A DNA stretch of 64,000 bases, the filler included, from Sphacelaria rigidula (Eukaryota): NCBI GenBank assembly GCA_964200075.2. It is 9 parts of 9 records of this genome, joined end to end, with 100 filler letters (N's around TTAATTAATTAA, not from the genome) between each part and the next. Parts side by side here need not be neighbours in the genome. Positions count along the whole stretch, not along the records: positions 21,376 to 28,400 come from CAXNAA020016898.1; positions 28,501 to 35,525 come from CAXNAA020016899.1; 7 more parts are not named here. One strand, written 5' to 3'. Position numbers and translations under genes: made by a program. Within the stretch, counting starts at the first letter, position 1. The number at the start of each line of letters is the position of its first letter. The notes under the pieces are model-generated. The model saw only the letters and a program-made list of their open reading frames with translations, searched no databases and had not been told where the DNA came from. Below are positions 23,065 through 35,200 of this stretch, piece by piece.

Positions 23065-25693
23065 GAGGCTTTAGTTCCGTATGCGCGCATAAAGTTTAGC
23101 TTTCGATTAATTTAGCTTAAATAGGCCTGTTTAGCGCAGAGCTCATCACCGGCTCAATACGCTTGAAACGAGCTTAACTTGCTCGAAACGCGCACGAACG
23201 CGAATAAAGATGCGATATTGTTTTGCTCGCAAGTGCTCCATGTGGCGTAACTCGTCACCAGACAGGCCGACAGGCGTCAGGCTTCAGGCTCAAACACTCA
23301 ATACTTCATAGGCACAGTAGGTAAGGTAGGTACCCGGTGCCGGTATTTGGGAGATCTCATACCTACGATACCTACGATACCTACGATACCACCGTATTTC
23401 GATATTTCAATACCTACCGTACCCGCCCAACCAGGTATTTTCGAATGTCATACCCACGATACCTACGATACCACGGTACTTCGAGATTTCAATACCTACC
23501 GTACCCGCTCAATCCGGTATTTTCAAATGTCATACCCACGGTACCTACGATACCAGGGTATTTCGAGATTTCAATACCTACCATCGCACCCGAATCCGGT
23601 ATTTTCAATTGTCATACCTACGATACCTACGATACCAGGGTATTTCGAGATTTCAATACCCACCACCGTACCCGCCCAATCCGGTATTTTCAATTGTCAT
23701 ACCTACGGTACCTACGATACCAGGGTATATCGAGATTTCAATACCCACCACCGTACCCGCCCAATCCGGTTTTTTCAAATGTCATACCTATGATACCTAC
23801 GCACACTACGGTATGGGATACCCCGGCAAATACCGGGGGTATACCCGGTATTTACGAACGCGAGACACTCCCCACGATGCAGCAGCTGGTGTCAACTCAC
23901 GCTAAGGCCAGAAGCTGTCGGAGCAGGCACGTCTTGTTTTCACAAATGATTAATACCCAGATTACCCCTATAAATTGCGTGTCTGGATCAATTCGAATGA
24001 ATTATTCCCATGTCCGCTGATGTTTTTGGTGTGTGGGTATAAATATTAGATCATCATTTGAACGTATACATTGTTCCATGTCGAAGATGAGCATTATACG
24101 AAATAATACACCACGTGCAAGCAAACAAGCAGAAAAATCACGAAAATGGGTAAAAAGAAGAAAACGAGGGATCGCAGGAGGCATACAATATACACAACAA
24201 TGAGCTAAAATACCAATGAAATAACCTTCCATATTTATATACCGCAAATACTGCGCAGTTGCCGTGTGCTCTGAATGAAAAAATAAAACTGCACATAGAG
24301 TGTCAAACCCCACTCTTGCGTTCTACTGCACTGAAACGCTTCGCACTGCCAGATGACAGTTTTGAATTTGGTATAGAGGGTGAGGCAGGTACCCGGTACC
24401 GGTATTTGGGAGATCTCATACCCTACCGATAACGGTCCAATCCGGTATTTTCAAATGTCATACCCACGATACCACTGTGTTTCGAGGTTTCAATACCTAA
24501 CGTACCCGCCCAACCAGGTGTTTTCAAATGTCATGCCTATGATACCTACGATACCACGGTATTTCGAGATTTCAGTACCTACCGTACCCGCTCAATCCGG
24601 TATTTTCAAAACTCATACCTACGATACCTACGCATATCACGGTATGGGATACCCCAGTAAATGCCGGGGGTACGCTCGGTACGGTACCTGACCTACGGTG
24701 CCTGTGCAATACTTCAAATTTCCATGGTCATGTTTCGTGTTCCTATTTTGTTGCGGGTCTGATGGGTAGACTGCTCCACTTTATATTTAATACACATGGT
24801 ACTATGTTGCTTTAAAAAATATGAAAAGATACTTGATAAATAATACACTTGTACCTTGAACAGCAGACAGCAGTGGAAACAGCAGCACCAACAGAGAGAA
24901 GTGATAACGAGTGATAGCAGCGTTTGTAACAATGGCGGGTCTACTGTTCGAGAAGGACGGCTTTTTGGTCGCAGCCTCAGGCGCGCACTCGGAGTGCGGT
25001 TTGCTGTCGTTTTGAGATGACAACAAGAATAGGTTTCCCAGCTGGTATCTCGTGGCGATGAATATTGTACGTATCCAGCCATCGTCCGTCTATGGAGCGA
25101 GTGTTTTCGATTTTGAGGGGGTGCCTCAACTCCCGGCAGGAGAAGACGTCAGGTGACCGGATCGAATTCGCGGTTATGGTGATTTACAATCGGTACGGGT
25201 AGTTCGACAAGATTTTCAATTTCGACTGACAGTAGATGATGCGGGGGGGTGGTGGTAGCTTGAAACTTGTAGCTTGCCGGGCGAGAGGCCAAAGGCTGCA
25301 ATGCTCTATGTCTAGACGCTACAATGCCGTACTGCTATATCATGTGTCGGAAGTGTGGTGGCATTTGTTGTTTCCGTACGTGGGTTAGGGTGTAGGTGTG
25401 CAGGTTGGGGTCTCCAAAGCCAATAATTGAAGAAAAGCTTTGTTTTTAAATCTGAATTATCAAGAAAACTTCGAATGCCCAACTTGTCGTTTTGTCGGTC
25501 GAATGCTAAAAGGCGCGCCTCGTGAGGGGATACTACCACAACGCCACAACAAAGACGGAAGTAAGGCGCATAAAGCGCGCCTAATATGCGCTAAAAAAGC
25601 TTGTAACGGGGCTTAAAAACAAACTAAGGCTTACAAAAAAACGAAATGGAGATTAATTTCAGGAAAAAAACGCGCATACGGAACTACAGCCTA
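23065..25693. mobile_element. Non-autonomous hAT-like element (outer)
   Basis: TIR AGGCTTTAGTTCCGTATGCGCG / CGCGCATACGGAACTACAGCCT; degenerate 8-bp TSD gataaaac/gatgaaaa. Confidence 0.7.
23307..24706. mobile_element. Non-autonomous hAT-like element (1.4 kb, nested) with two blocks of ~70-bp tandem repeats
   Basis: TIR CATAGGCACAGTAGGTAAGGTA / TACCTGACCTACGGTGCCTGTG; perfect 8-bp TSD CAATACTT (23299-23306, 24707-24714); ATACCTACG-rich arrays at ~23330-23850 and ~24385-24690. Confidence 0.88.
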
Positions 25694-28330
25694 GATGAAA
25701 AAAAAATCCGCATTGGCCAAACGGTAGCTAGAGGAGTGAACAGATGCACACAGATTCTCGTGAGCCGAACCCATTCTTACTTTGCTTCTATTCTTTAGGG
25801 GTGTTACGAGGTGTTCAGGTAATGAGAATGGGTTTCGGGGTGAGTGAAACTATCTGTAAATCTCGCCCGAGCGTTTTCCCGAGAGTCGTTTTCATGACGA
25901 TAAGAAGCGGCCTGAGGCAGGATTAGCGGCTTTACCGTCCCATAATTTTCAGCAGTACGGTACAGCAGCCGTGATAACGCCAACAGCTGCAGCAGTACAT
26001 GCATGTGGTCAACGCACAACAACCGAACTGCTCTTTATTGCCCAAAACCTGAAGGGCATGGCGCCCTCGGGGGCTGTACGTGCTGCAGGCGCGGGTGCGG
26101 GTATGGTAGGGTAGGGTTTAGATTGCGGCTGGAAGTTTGTAGGAATTGCCCCCTTAACCCCAACCGCCGAATTGAGCAGGACAAAAGCACGTTGGTACAC
26201 ACACAAGCACCACGCATGGCACATCAGTGGTGAGCTTGCTGTTCCCGCATATCTCTGCTTCAATCCGCGGCTGTTTGTTGCTGAGTCTGCCGCAGACACG
26301 GCCTACAAGAAATCCCAACTAGCTCTCTCAGTCATTCGTGAACCCTCTCATGGAGAAAATCTGCGGAGGACCCCGGCGGCCAACAAGCGGCCATCTGCGC
26401 GTACAACCATCCTCTTCAAATCGGCGGGACTGTCAGATCAGGCGGTCGGCTGCGCGGCGCCGAATATAGTCAAATACTTTGCGCGTGTTTCTAGAGAGTA
26501 TCGTCCCAGTCTTCGCTGATCACACCTAGCACATACCCAGAGCTACCAACAACGTCGCGCCGACACGATCTGGGTGCTGTTTCTGTTCCTGGTGCACCAA
26601 CTTGCGACGTTCGTTCAAACTATTTGAAAAATCGTCGTGTAGATCACCCGCGCGTTCCACACAAGCGGTCTCGCATGGCCACCTACCCCACGAGATTACT
26701 CTTCAGGAGCCAAAGCGTAAACGAACGTGCACGCAGGTACGATGTACTTCAGAAACATATCGACGATAAACCAATCACGTAGGCAAATAGGACATAGAAC
26801 AAGCTTGAACGGCCAAAAAATAACGCCAAAGGATGTAAGCAAGGCGAGAAAGGTGAGTCAGGACGTTCATGCATCTGCATGTTCCCTGACATCCATGTAC
26901 TGTTAGGAGGATATTGGTCTCTGATCCAGTTCGCTCTTTGGGCGTATCATGCGACTGTAGTACGGAGCTAAGCGACCACAAACATCGTCCCCAACTTCGG
27001 CGCCGTAAGGGCAAGCCACTTCCCACGTGAACGCAAAGGACAACCAAATCAAACGACATACTAGCCTGAGGGAGGGTTGGGCGAGCAAAAAACAAACGGC
27101 TGACAGCCTCTATCTGGCGGCGAAGCGCACCGTGTTCAGACGGTTAGCCATATAAAGCTCCAAGAAGCCTGACCGCCCCCCCAAACACTGGCGAGCCGCC
27201 CCCAGAAGAATCTACGTCTACTAGGGCATCTTCCACGCAAAGCACGACGGAAATAATTGTCTACAGATGAAGACCAGAGATGCACGCGGGCAACTGACAT
27301 CTTGGTGAAAGGGACGGAAGAGGTCAATGAGACCTAGAGACGCGAAGACAGACGTTAATCGGACCTTCGCCACAAATGCGACGCTGCTGCATCGAGAGGC
27401 GCCTATCGGAGAACTGCCACCGCTGACGAGGCTAGTTAACCGGCGTTGGGCTGCAAATGTCCATGGTTGATACAATTTTACAAGTATTGCTACCCCTTGC
27501 TCTAACCCCAACCCAACCCATACCGAGAACCTTTGGGCAAGGGTGGTACATAGCATTACCTACGCAACGTGCGGCCTTGGTAGACCCCCAATCGACGCTT
27601 GTGGCGCCGATTTCAACGGAAACGCGTTGTGCGCACACGGGGAACACACGGGACTGTCAGCCCTACTCAAGATCTGATTCTCGTTGTACACCCTAAAATC
27701 AAGTAATTATCAACCATGAACATTTGTAGACCAACGCAGGTTACCTCTACTGCCGGTGACACAAAAACAGGAAACAGCTCGCGAGGAATCTAGAATGGAA
27801 ATAACTGAGAGCGTCTTCCGTTTTTTACTCGAAAAAGGGACGAGTGGGGGGAGCTGGGATACCCCTTCCTCCTCGTTTGTTTGCCAGCCTTTTTTTAGCC
27901 CTGATGTCTTGCGGTGGTTCCTGGTTATGCTTGTGTATATGCTCCGCTGCGCCCATGGGTTCAATTACTTCCATAGTTTTCTTCTTTGTTCTCTATTTCT
28001 CTACCCTCTTCTCTCCTAACCTGGCCATTCCTTTCCTATCAATGTTGTACGAGTATTACCTTACTTCTGTAGGGCTCATGGGTGAGAGCTTATACCCAAA
28101 GAGCACGGTGCGAAACAGCTGAGCCGCAATCTGCTTCCACGGTATTCTTGTTTTGTTGTGTGTGGGTGCGTGCGCTTCTTGCGGAAGGCCTTCTTCTCCT
28201 AAAGCCATCCTGCAGAGGTCGACTATTTCTACTTTTACTTCGGTTTTTCATGTTAATCTCATGTACTCGCACAAGCTAATATTATCCCTCTCCTCCATCC
28301 CTTCCCCTTTTCTGCTTGGTACGACCGGTC

Positions 28331-28400
28331 GCCCCGGTGGCTCAGTTGGTAACCTCGTAACCTTCTGATGGTTGAGCAGGGGGGTTCGATTCCCGGAGCG
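28331..28400 (+). other. tRNA-like sequence (SINE head or pseudo-tRNA; CTG at the anticodon position)
   Basis: A box GGTGGCTCAGTTGG, B box GGTTCGATTCC, stem AACC-ttctgat-GGTT, acceptor gccccgg/ccggagc with one mismatch; T-stem defective; ends at the gap. Confidence 0.55.
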
Positions 28401-28662
28401 NNNNNNNNNNNNNNNNNNNNNNNNNNNNNNNNNNNNNNNNNNNNTTAATTAATTAANNNNNNNNNNNNNNNNNNNNNNNNNNNNNNNNNNNNNNNNNNNN
28501 CAATGGAGGGATGGGACTTCAACCTCATATTTTGTTTCAACCCCAAAAATTAGGATCGGCTGTTAATAATAGCCTGAGACAACAACCAATTTGAAAATTG
28601 GAATTCCCTGTTCATCATGTTGTGACAAGCTGGGCCAGCCTAGAGGCAGATTGGAAGTGTGT

Positions 28663-28932
28663 AGGCGAATGCGCCGGCCAATATTTAGAGATGGAGCGTC
28701 ACATTTGGTATGGACAATGATGCATAGGGCATGAACCAAATTTGGAAAGAAGCACCAGAATTTTTTTTTGTGAGTTAAGGGCGTTTTACTGATACCTGAA
28801 AGCTGATTATTACCTCTAACTCCCGGGAAGAAAAAATCTGGTGCTTCTTTCCGAATTTTTTTATCATGCCCTATGCATTGTCCATACTAAATTTGACGTT
28901 CCAACTCTAAATATTGGCCGCCGCATTTGCCT
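28663..28932. repeat. MITE-like inverted repeat (~105-bp arms)
   Basis: 28663-28768 is the imperfect reverse complement of 28830-28932. Confidence 0.8.
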
Positions 28933-29279
28933 CTCAAAAACCGGGTCGGTAGAAATTCGGAATAATAGTATTTCGCAGGGCACTCAACGGCCCACGTTTG
29001 GTTCTTGTGTATTGAAATTTTGTGTGGGCCCTCGCCAGGGAATGAATTTACAAAACTCAGGGGGTCAGACTTTTTTTTTTCTTCATTTTTTCACTGGCTG
29101 AGGGCGTTTTAGTATGGTAAAGACCATTTCTTCACAAGCACACCCTAACCTCTATGAAAAAAATGAAGGTCCATTTTTATTTTCATTCGGCACACTTTTG
29201 TGGTTCTCCACGCTAACTTTCAAATCACAATTCTTAAAATTGAGCTAAAAAATTGAGATAAGGCCTAACATCAATGTTC

Positions 29280-29357
29280 ATCACGGCCCAAGTCGTCTGT
29301 GTCGACGAGATATTGCTTTCGGATCTTAAATCCGTTTTTTGGCTGGCCCAGCTCGTA
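29280..29357 (+). repeat. Dispersed repeat; copy at ~57034-57111
   Basis: atcacggcccaa.tcgtctgtgtcga.gagatattgc...ggctggcccagctcgta in both. Confidence 0.75.
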
Positions 29358-31600
29358 CGTTGCGAATGCATCACGGTTTGCGCAGGGTTGGGATATGGTG
29401 CTGGGCCCGGCCGGGGGGCGTTTGTTCCTGGCAATCCGAAGTGCTTGTATTCCCCATGTCCTCAGACCTTTGGAGCAAGTGTTGATGATGGATGCGCCTG
29501 CTGTGGTTTTTTTCTGGTTTGTATTGGAAGGGTGAAGGGTGTGTGTTTGGGCGCAGTGTAGCATCTGCACCTGCGTGTACATTATGTAGAGACGAATCGG
29601 CGCCCAGTAATTCATCCTCCCCCTTGCCCAGTAGTATGGCTTGACCTGGAGATGACCTGGTATAAAACGGCGGAGGGCCGACAACAAGCGCATGCTCCGG
29701 GGAAAAAGTAGCGGGTCTACTTGATGACATCAGCTTCCCTTGGCCAATAGCTAGTGAAGGCGGTGTTGCAGAACCAAGTACGTGGAAGTATGGCAAACTC
29801 GCCAAGCGTCTCGGGAACGTTCAAACTGTGACCGATCACTCCATGTGTGTTGTCGTCCCATCTATTCTTTCGTACTCTGAAGCGAGTTTGCAGGTGAAAT
29901 TTTCGGCGATAGTCTCACCTGCAGTTCGCCTAGATCTTGCGGATTTTTTCCGCGATATCACTGAGTAACATTACATACGGAAATGTACCAGACCCTCCGC
30001 TACATTATACGTGGAGATGAAGCAGACCCTGCAATATATATGGAAATGTACCCAACCGTGGACAAAGATCAAAGGTTCCTACAGTCAGTTCGAACACGTG
30101 AAAGTGTACTGCGCACAGTCAGTGTGTTGTGTGTGTTGTCCCATCTACTTTTCTGGACGCTGGTCTCCACCTTTCGGTACATGTGGGCGCACCAGCCGCG
30201 GCTGTGTTACCATAAAGCTTCGCCCAAGATACAGGCAGCCATTTCAGCGGCGGAGGAGGCCCTTCACTCCTGCCTGCGTCACCTGGGGCAAACGCAGGCT
30301 ATAGCCGCAACACGGACAGCATTATAAAATGTGACGCAGCGATATATAGCGCGTAGCGAGGGATGATATCCTGCCTACACGTTGGCCGCAGATACAAGCG
30401 GCTGCATTCATGATGTGGCGAACTGCATAGGACAACGCGAAATCAATGCAGGACAAGGATAAGCTAAGGATGCCACGTCTTGCGGTGTGCCTTGTCACCC
30501 TGCACCCTGGCGCTGTGCAGTGAGCAGGTAGTCCCGCCGAACGCGTCACGCTGCGGTTGGTACGCAGTGTCGTACACAGCAGCAATCAGTATATTTCATG
30601 TACCGTACTTGTACATAGATCTATGCTCTGAAGACCGATGCGCACACACACAGTAACTACTATCGCCATCATCCATCGATCAGGGTGGCACCCCCCCCTC
30701 CTCGAATAGGGTGCTAAGGAGGGGTCCCCCCCTCCCCCCCTACGGCCCCAGAATGAGGTTTGGGCGATCTGGTGAGTGGTGGTGCCGCCATTTCCTGACA
30801 TGGGGCCCCTCGACCCAGCGTGCAGCTACTTGACGCTTGAGACTGTCTCCTGTCTGCCCGAGAAACAGCAGTTTGCAACTTACAGTCTTGGCATACCGGG
30901 AAGCAAGCCGTGTACGTGTACTTTAAAACAGGAATGATAGTGGCTGGGACTGGTGCGGGACGACCTAGCGGGAATTTGCCGGGAAACGGCTCGCGTCGCA
31001 GCGCCGGCTTGCTGCGGGCCCTTGCGAATGTAGGGCGACGGCGATAAGACGAACACGATTAATGCTTCAATACAACTCTACGCTTCCGTGCGACGACATA
31101 TCACCATACCCCGGGTGCGTGGGGCAGACCTTCATTTTAGGGTAGAAGGGGCCAGCCGAGACCACTCCGGTTTCACCGCCGAAATCCGAGACCGCAACGT
31201 CACAAGCACCGGAATAAATTGAAATTCGAAGCGCCCTGGACACAGGGCAATCTATGAGACCAGTAAACGACAGCTGATAATTTGTCTGCATCGGCCATCG
31301 GCGCTTGCATACCCATCTCCCCTTCGAGAAGAAAACAGACGTTTTGGCAGGAGAAGGCGTGTGCCACGCCGCCCAACGGTGGTGGTCCTACACAAACTCC
31401 CCTGCACTCGACCACGAGTGTTTGATTCCACGTTTAAATCGACACACACGCTTCATACTCGGGGTGATGAATGAAAACCTGCCATCACATGACACACAAA
31501 GAAAGACGACGGTACCGCAACTACTGCCCTGTGGGAGTTAAAACCGATTAACAACGAACGCACCAAGCCCCGGCATCCTCGGCGGATACCTAGTAGTAGC

Positions 31601-34600
31601 CTAAACTGGTCCACCGCCACGCCCAAAAAAGTGACGGATTGTTGCCGGAGAGGATGAGTCCCGGCGGCCTTTTCCATCACCCTCCCTGGCCACCTCTATC
31701 CCGGCAGAGACCGCACCCCCGTCAAGTAAAGGGCTGTTACTGCTATTTGCGACGCGCCCTTTGCCCAGCGAGCGACCGCCGCCCCTCCCCCCAAATTTAC
31801 CCCCGCTCCCTCGCCCCGTGTCTGGCGTACCACTACTGGTGCTGGTGCTTCCTCTTGCCGCAGTCTTGCCAGAAGCCTTGGAGTCACCACGGCCTCCTCG
31901 GCCTGCAGCCGACGTCCCGCCGCGGCGGCCACGTCCGGTCAACGATGACAAGGGTCGGCGATTTTCAACGTCAACGGCTTTTGTGACGGCGGCCCTTCGC
32001 CCCCCTCTTACTGCTGCTGGTACTGCTGCGTCTGCTTCCGACGGTTGTTTTTTTTGTGGACGACCTGCTAGTTGCTCCCTTTCTCCTCGCCCTTCTTCTG
32101 TACGTCGCACGCCTGGGGTTGTGGCGTAGGGATTCGGAACCGTCGCCGCCATCGTCGATTCCATTTTTATCGTTGTCGCCTTGTCAGATTTCGGTGTGCC
32201 TTCCCGCGGCGACGGCGGCGGGGGGGATAGTTGGACGCTTCTCAGCCGGTTCCGTCGCTCGATGTCGGCGAGGATGGCCTTCTGGGCCTCCACGTCAACC
32301 GAGTCTACCACTAGTGGCCCTGCCGCCGTCACGGGTGAGCTACCACCACTAGCGCCACGGAGACGAGTTTCTCGGTCCGGTATTTTATCCGCCGTGCGAG
32401 TGGTCCCAGCAGCCAAATCAATAATGCCGGCTTCAGCAGCAGGCGCGGGTAGCGCTCCCAAGCAACGTAGCGGAGGGGGCCGCGGCGACACCACAACCCC
32501 CCCTTTCTTTTCTTCGCTCACCTCACCGAGATTATGCGCGGCATATTCCTCCAGTTGTTCATTACTTCGCCTCTTGCAAGTACCGGTCAACGCCGCCGCC
32601 GTTGATGCTTTCCTTGCGCCCCCGGCGCCACCCGCAATGTTACGCATCCTCTTGGCCGCGGGCGTGGGTACAGATGACGGGGCTTCACTTTTACGAGGGG
32701 TACCGCCGCTGGAGGTTCCACCGCCAAAGCCCGTGCTGCTCGTCGTGGCCGCGGATGGCTTGCAGAAGTACGAGTCTAGGCGCTTGCGGTCTTGCGACAG
32801 GTCCATGAACTCGAGGAAATGCTTGAGGAGTTTTTCTACCGCGGGGCCCGAGGACGCGTTGACGGTCGGGATGATTTTCCTGCCCGCGCAATTCGCATCA
32901 AAGAAGAAATTGTTTTGTTTTCGTACAAGGGCACACAAAAATGCAGCGAGAGACTGACGCCACGTAATGGTTCACCGTCATGTGACATACTCTTGCCAGT
33001 CAAAAGCCTCAACGCTGTTCTTCGACCGGGAGACCGGCCTAGCAGTTACCTATCGCACAGCAACTGACGGCCATCGATCATAAGCACATCAAAGTAGAGC
33101 CATCATCACCTCAGGCCCGCAGAATCTGTTCTTTCTTTTCTTCTCACACCTGCACCTGGTCTGGCCACTAGTACACACTTTGCAGCATCATCTCTATCAG
33201 CGACTCACTTGGGCCGAACGGTTCTCACGAACTCCGTCAACTGCGGATACGAGCTGTGCTCCGAATACGGCAGCGAGTGCACCCTCGCATTATCTGCCAT
33301 ATGTCGTGGCTTGCCACCGTTCCATGCCTCCACCGCGATCGCATCCTCTTCTCCGACCGCCTCTAACCCCTGACCCCAACCACCCTCCCCCTCGTTCTGC
33401 TGGCCCGCCGTATCTTGCCCGTCTCCTCTCGCCACAGCCGAGGCCGGCTCTTCGCTTAATTTTCCAGCCTGCCATGCTGCCGCCTGATTACAGGGATCAT
33501 CCTCGCATCCCTCCAACAAGCTGTCCTCAAAGCTATTCCCAAACCCCACAGAGTCTCCTTCGTCTTTCAAGATGTCGAGGCCAGACTCCTCCAAAAACAC
33601 CGAACTATTTGTCACGGTATCCGGCTCCCCTCTTCCCCGCCCCCGCCCCGTCGCAGAAACTCCCATCTCGAGATTGCGCGCGCGCTTTGTCATATCTTTG
33701 GCTATTTGCTCTCCTTCCTTCGCCGAGTTATGGTGCGTCCATCCTGTCGGCCTAACGCCGACTACGCTGGTGAAGGGCGCGCCGGCCGCCTGGGCCTCGG
33801 CCAGGGCTCCGAGAAGCGCGGCTGGGGTGTGAAGTACTTGGAGCGGCACGGCGCGGACGCGCGCGTGCGGCTCGCCGTCTACACCCCCCGCTCCGGCGTC
33901 GTGAGTTATGTATACCGTGCTGTCCCAAGCGCCGCTTAGACGCATCATACGTGCCTTGCGGCCGGTGACGAGGCACCTGTGCGTGCGAAAAAAAATGCCA
34001 TCGGGGTGAGAGGAGATGGATATCTCGCTACTTTCGTGAAAACAAGCCTTGGGACCAACCATGTCGTGCAAACGGACAAATTATGCGTGTCCCAAGAGAG
34101 TTTGTGTGTACCTCAGGCAATGCTTCAACTGTTTCAGAATTGTGTACCATACGGTTTATCACCCACCCCGCAAGATGGGCTCCTGTTTGACCGGCACTGT
34201 TCTCTGCTCAGTTATCGTTCGAATGACTCTTTATCATGGTTCCCTTTTCGAACGAGTAAATGAGCACTATACGACGCGTTCGTACAGATGTGAAGTTGGA
34301 ACATCGACGCCGTTCGGGGTGGTCAAGCTTGGAATCGAACTGATTCGCTGCTCTCACCGACTGCCGGCAGCTCTCGCCACGGCCTCGAGAACCTTCTCCT
34401 TCCCTATCGAGTACGTTCCCACGAGGAAGAGGGTGTTGGGGTCCTTCTTCAGCTCCATTCGCACCAAGTTTCCCGCTTGCGCCAGTACCTATATCCGCGG
34501 CATGCGCAAAAATATGTGTTGAAAGATTGCAAGGTGCCTGCACACACAGTACTGGTGGAGAAAAAACAAAATTGCGGAGCTGCCGACCGATTAATCACGA

Positions 34601-35200
34601 AGGTGTTTTATTCAGGTCCACGTGTGGCAGTACCTTACGTTCCCGCAGCAACCCCCTCATTCCCGCCCCCAACTCCTTGAAATCCCGAGCGCTGAGCGAC
34701 AACTATTGCACCTGCTATTCAGACAAGTGTGGACAATAAACCCTCTTATTGCCCATGGTTCAGACACAACGGACGTATGCGACCCGTCGACGATGCATGG
34801 CGCACTTTCTGTCACCTGCTGAGGAACGCTACTGTACGACCGCTATGCGAGACGAGTAACCGTTTTGTACATGGAGAAACCATCTTACCTCCCGCGCCCT
34901 GTCGAGCACGCATCACTAACTGCCCAATAGCTATGACATGCAAAACATGAGCACGCATTCGCCCCGCCCTCCCCCAGCAGTTCTGCTCGTCTGACAGTCC
35001 CTCCGGTCCTTCACACACTTACCTCTTGTTGGTCTGGGAAAGCGTGTCGTGGGGCACAGTAGGTAGTGTCGAGGTAAAGCGAGTCTAAGCGCCCCTTCAA
35101 AGACTTGACGATCGGGTTCGTGCACACGGATTTGTCCGCCCGGAAGTCACCAGTGTGCAGAGTGACGCGACCCCCGGGCTTGGGATCTCGGAAAATGATC
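31601..35200 (-). CDS. SNM1: DNA cross-link repair beta-CASP nuclease, SNM1/PSO2/DCLRE1A-like, 3' part; exons 35200-35023, 34488-34358, 33976-33209, 32879-31601
   Basis: Motifs LHTGDFR, LYLDTTYC, FLVGTYSIGKEKV, GVRPTGW, LPYSEHSSYPQLTEFV, KIIPTVN; all junctions GT-AG and in phase; stop at 31601. The HxHxDH exons lie off-contig. Confidence 0.92.

Noticed and set aside
23337-24020. 227-aa repetitive ORF and overlapping ORFs
   Set aside because: Translation of a transposon minisatellite, open in several frames.
21129-28564. Inverted match between ~21129-21192 and ~28501-28564
   Set aside because: Separated by two linkers; independent repeat copies at contig ends.
29983-30327. Possible last exons of a plus-strand gene
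   Set aside because: No motif or confident splice phase; cannot be supported.
32181-32957. Long plus-strand ORFs opposite SNM1 (also 31761, 33180) and opposite Gypsy pol (62501)
   Set aside because: Antisense shadows of GC-rich coding sequence.
11955-35200. Apparent DNA-repair cluster (MUS81 and SNM1)
   Set aside because: Different unlinked contigs joined by size order.
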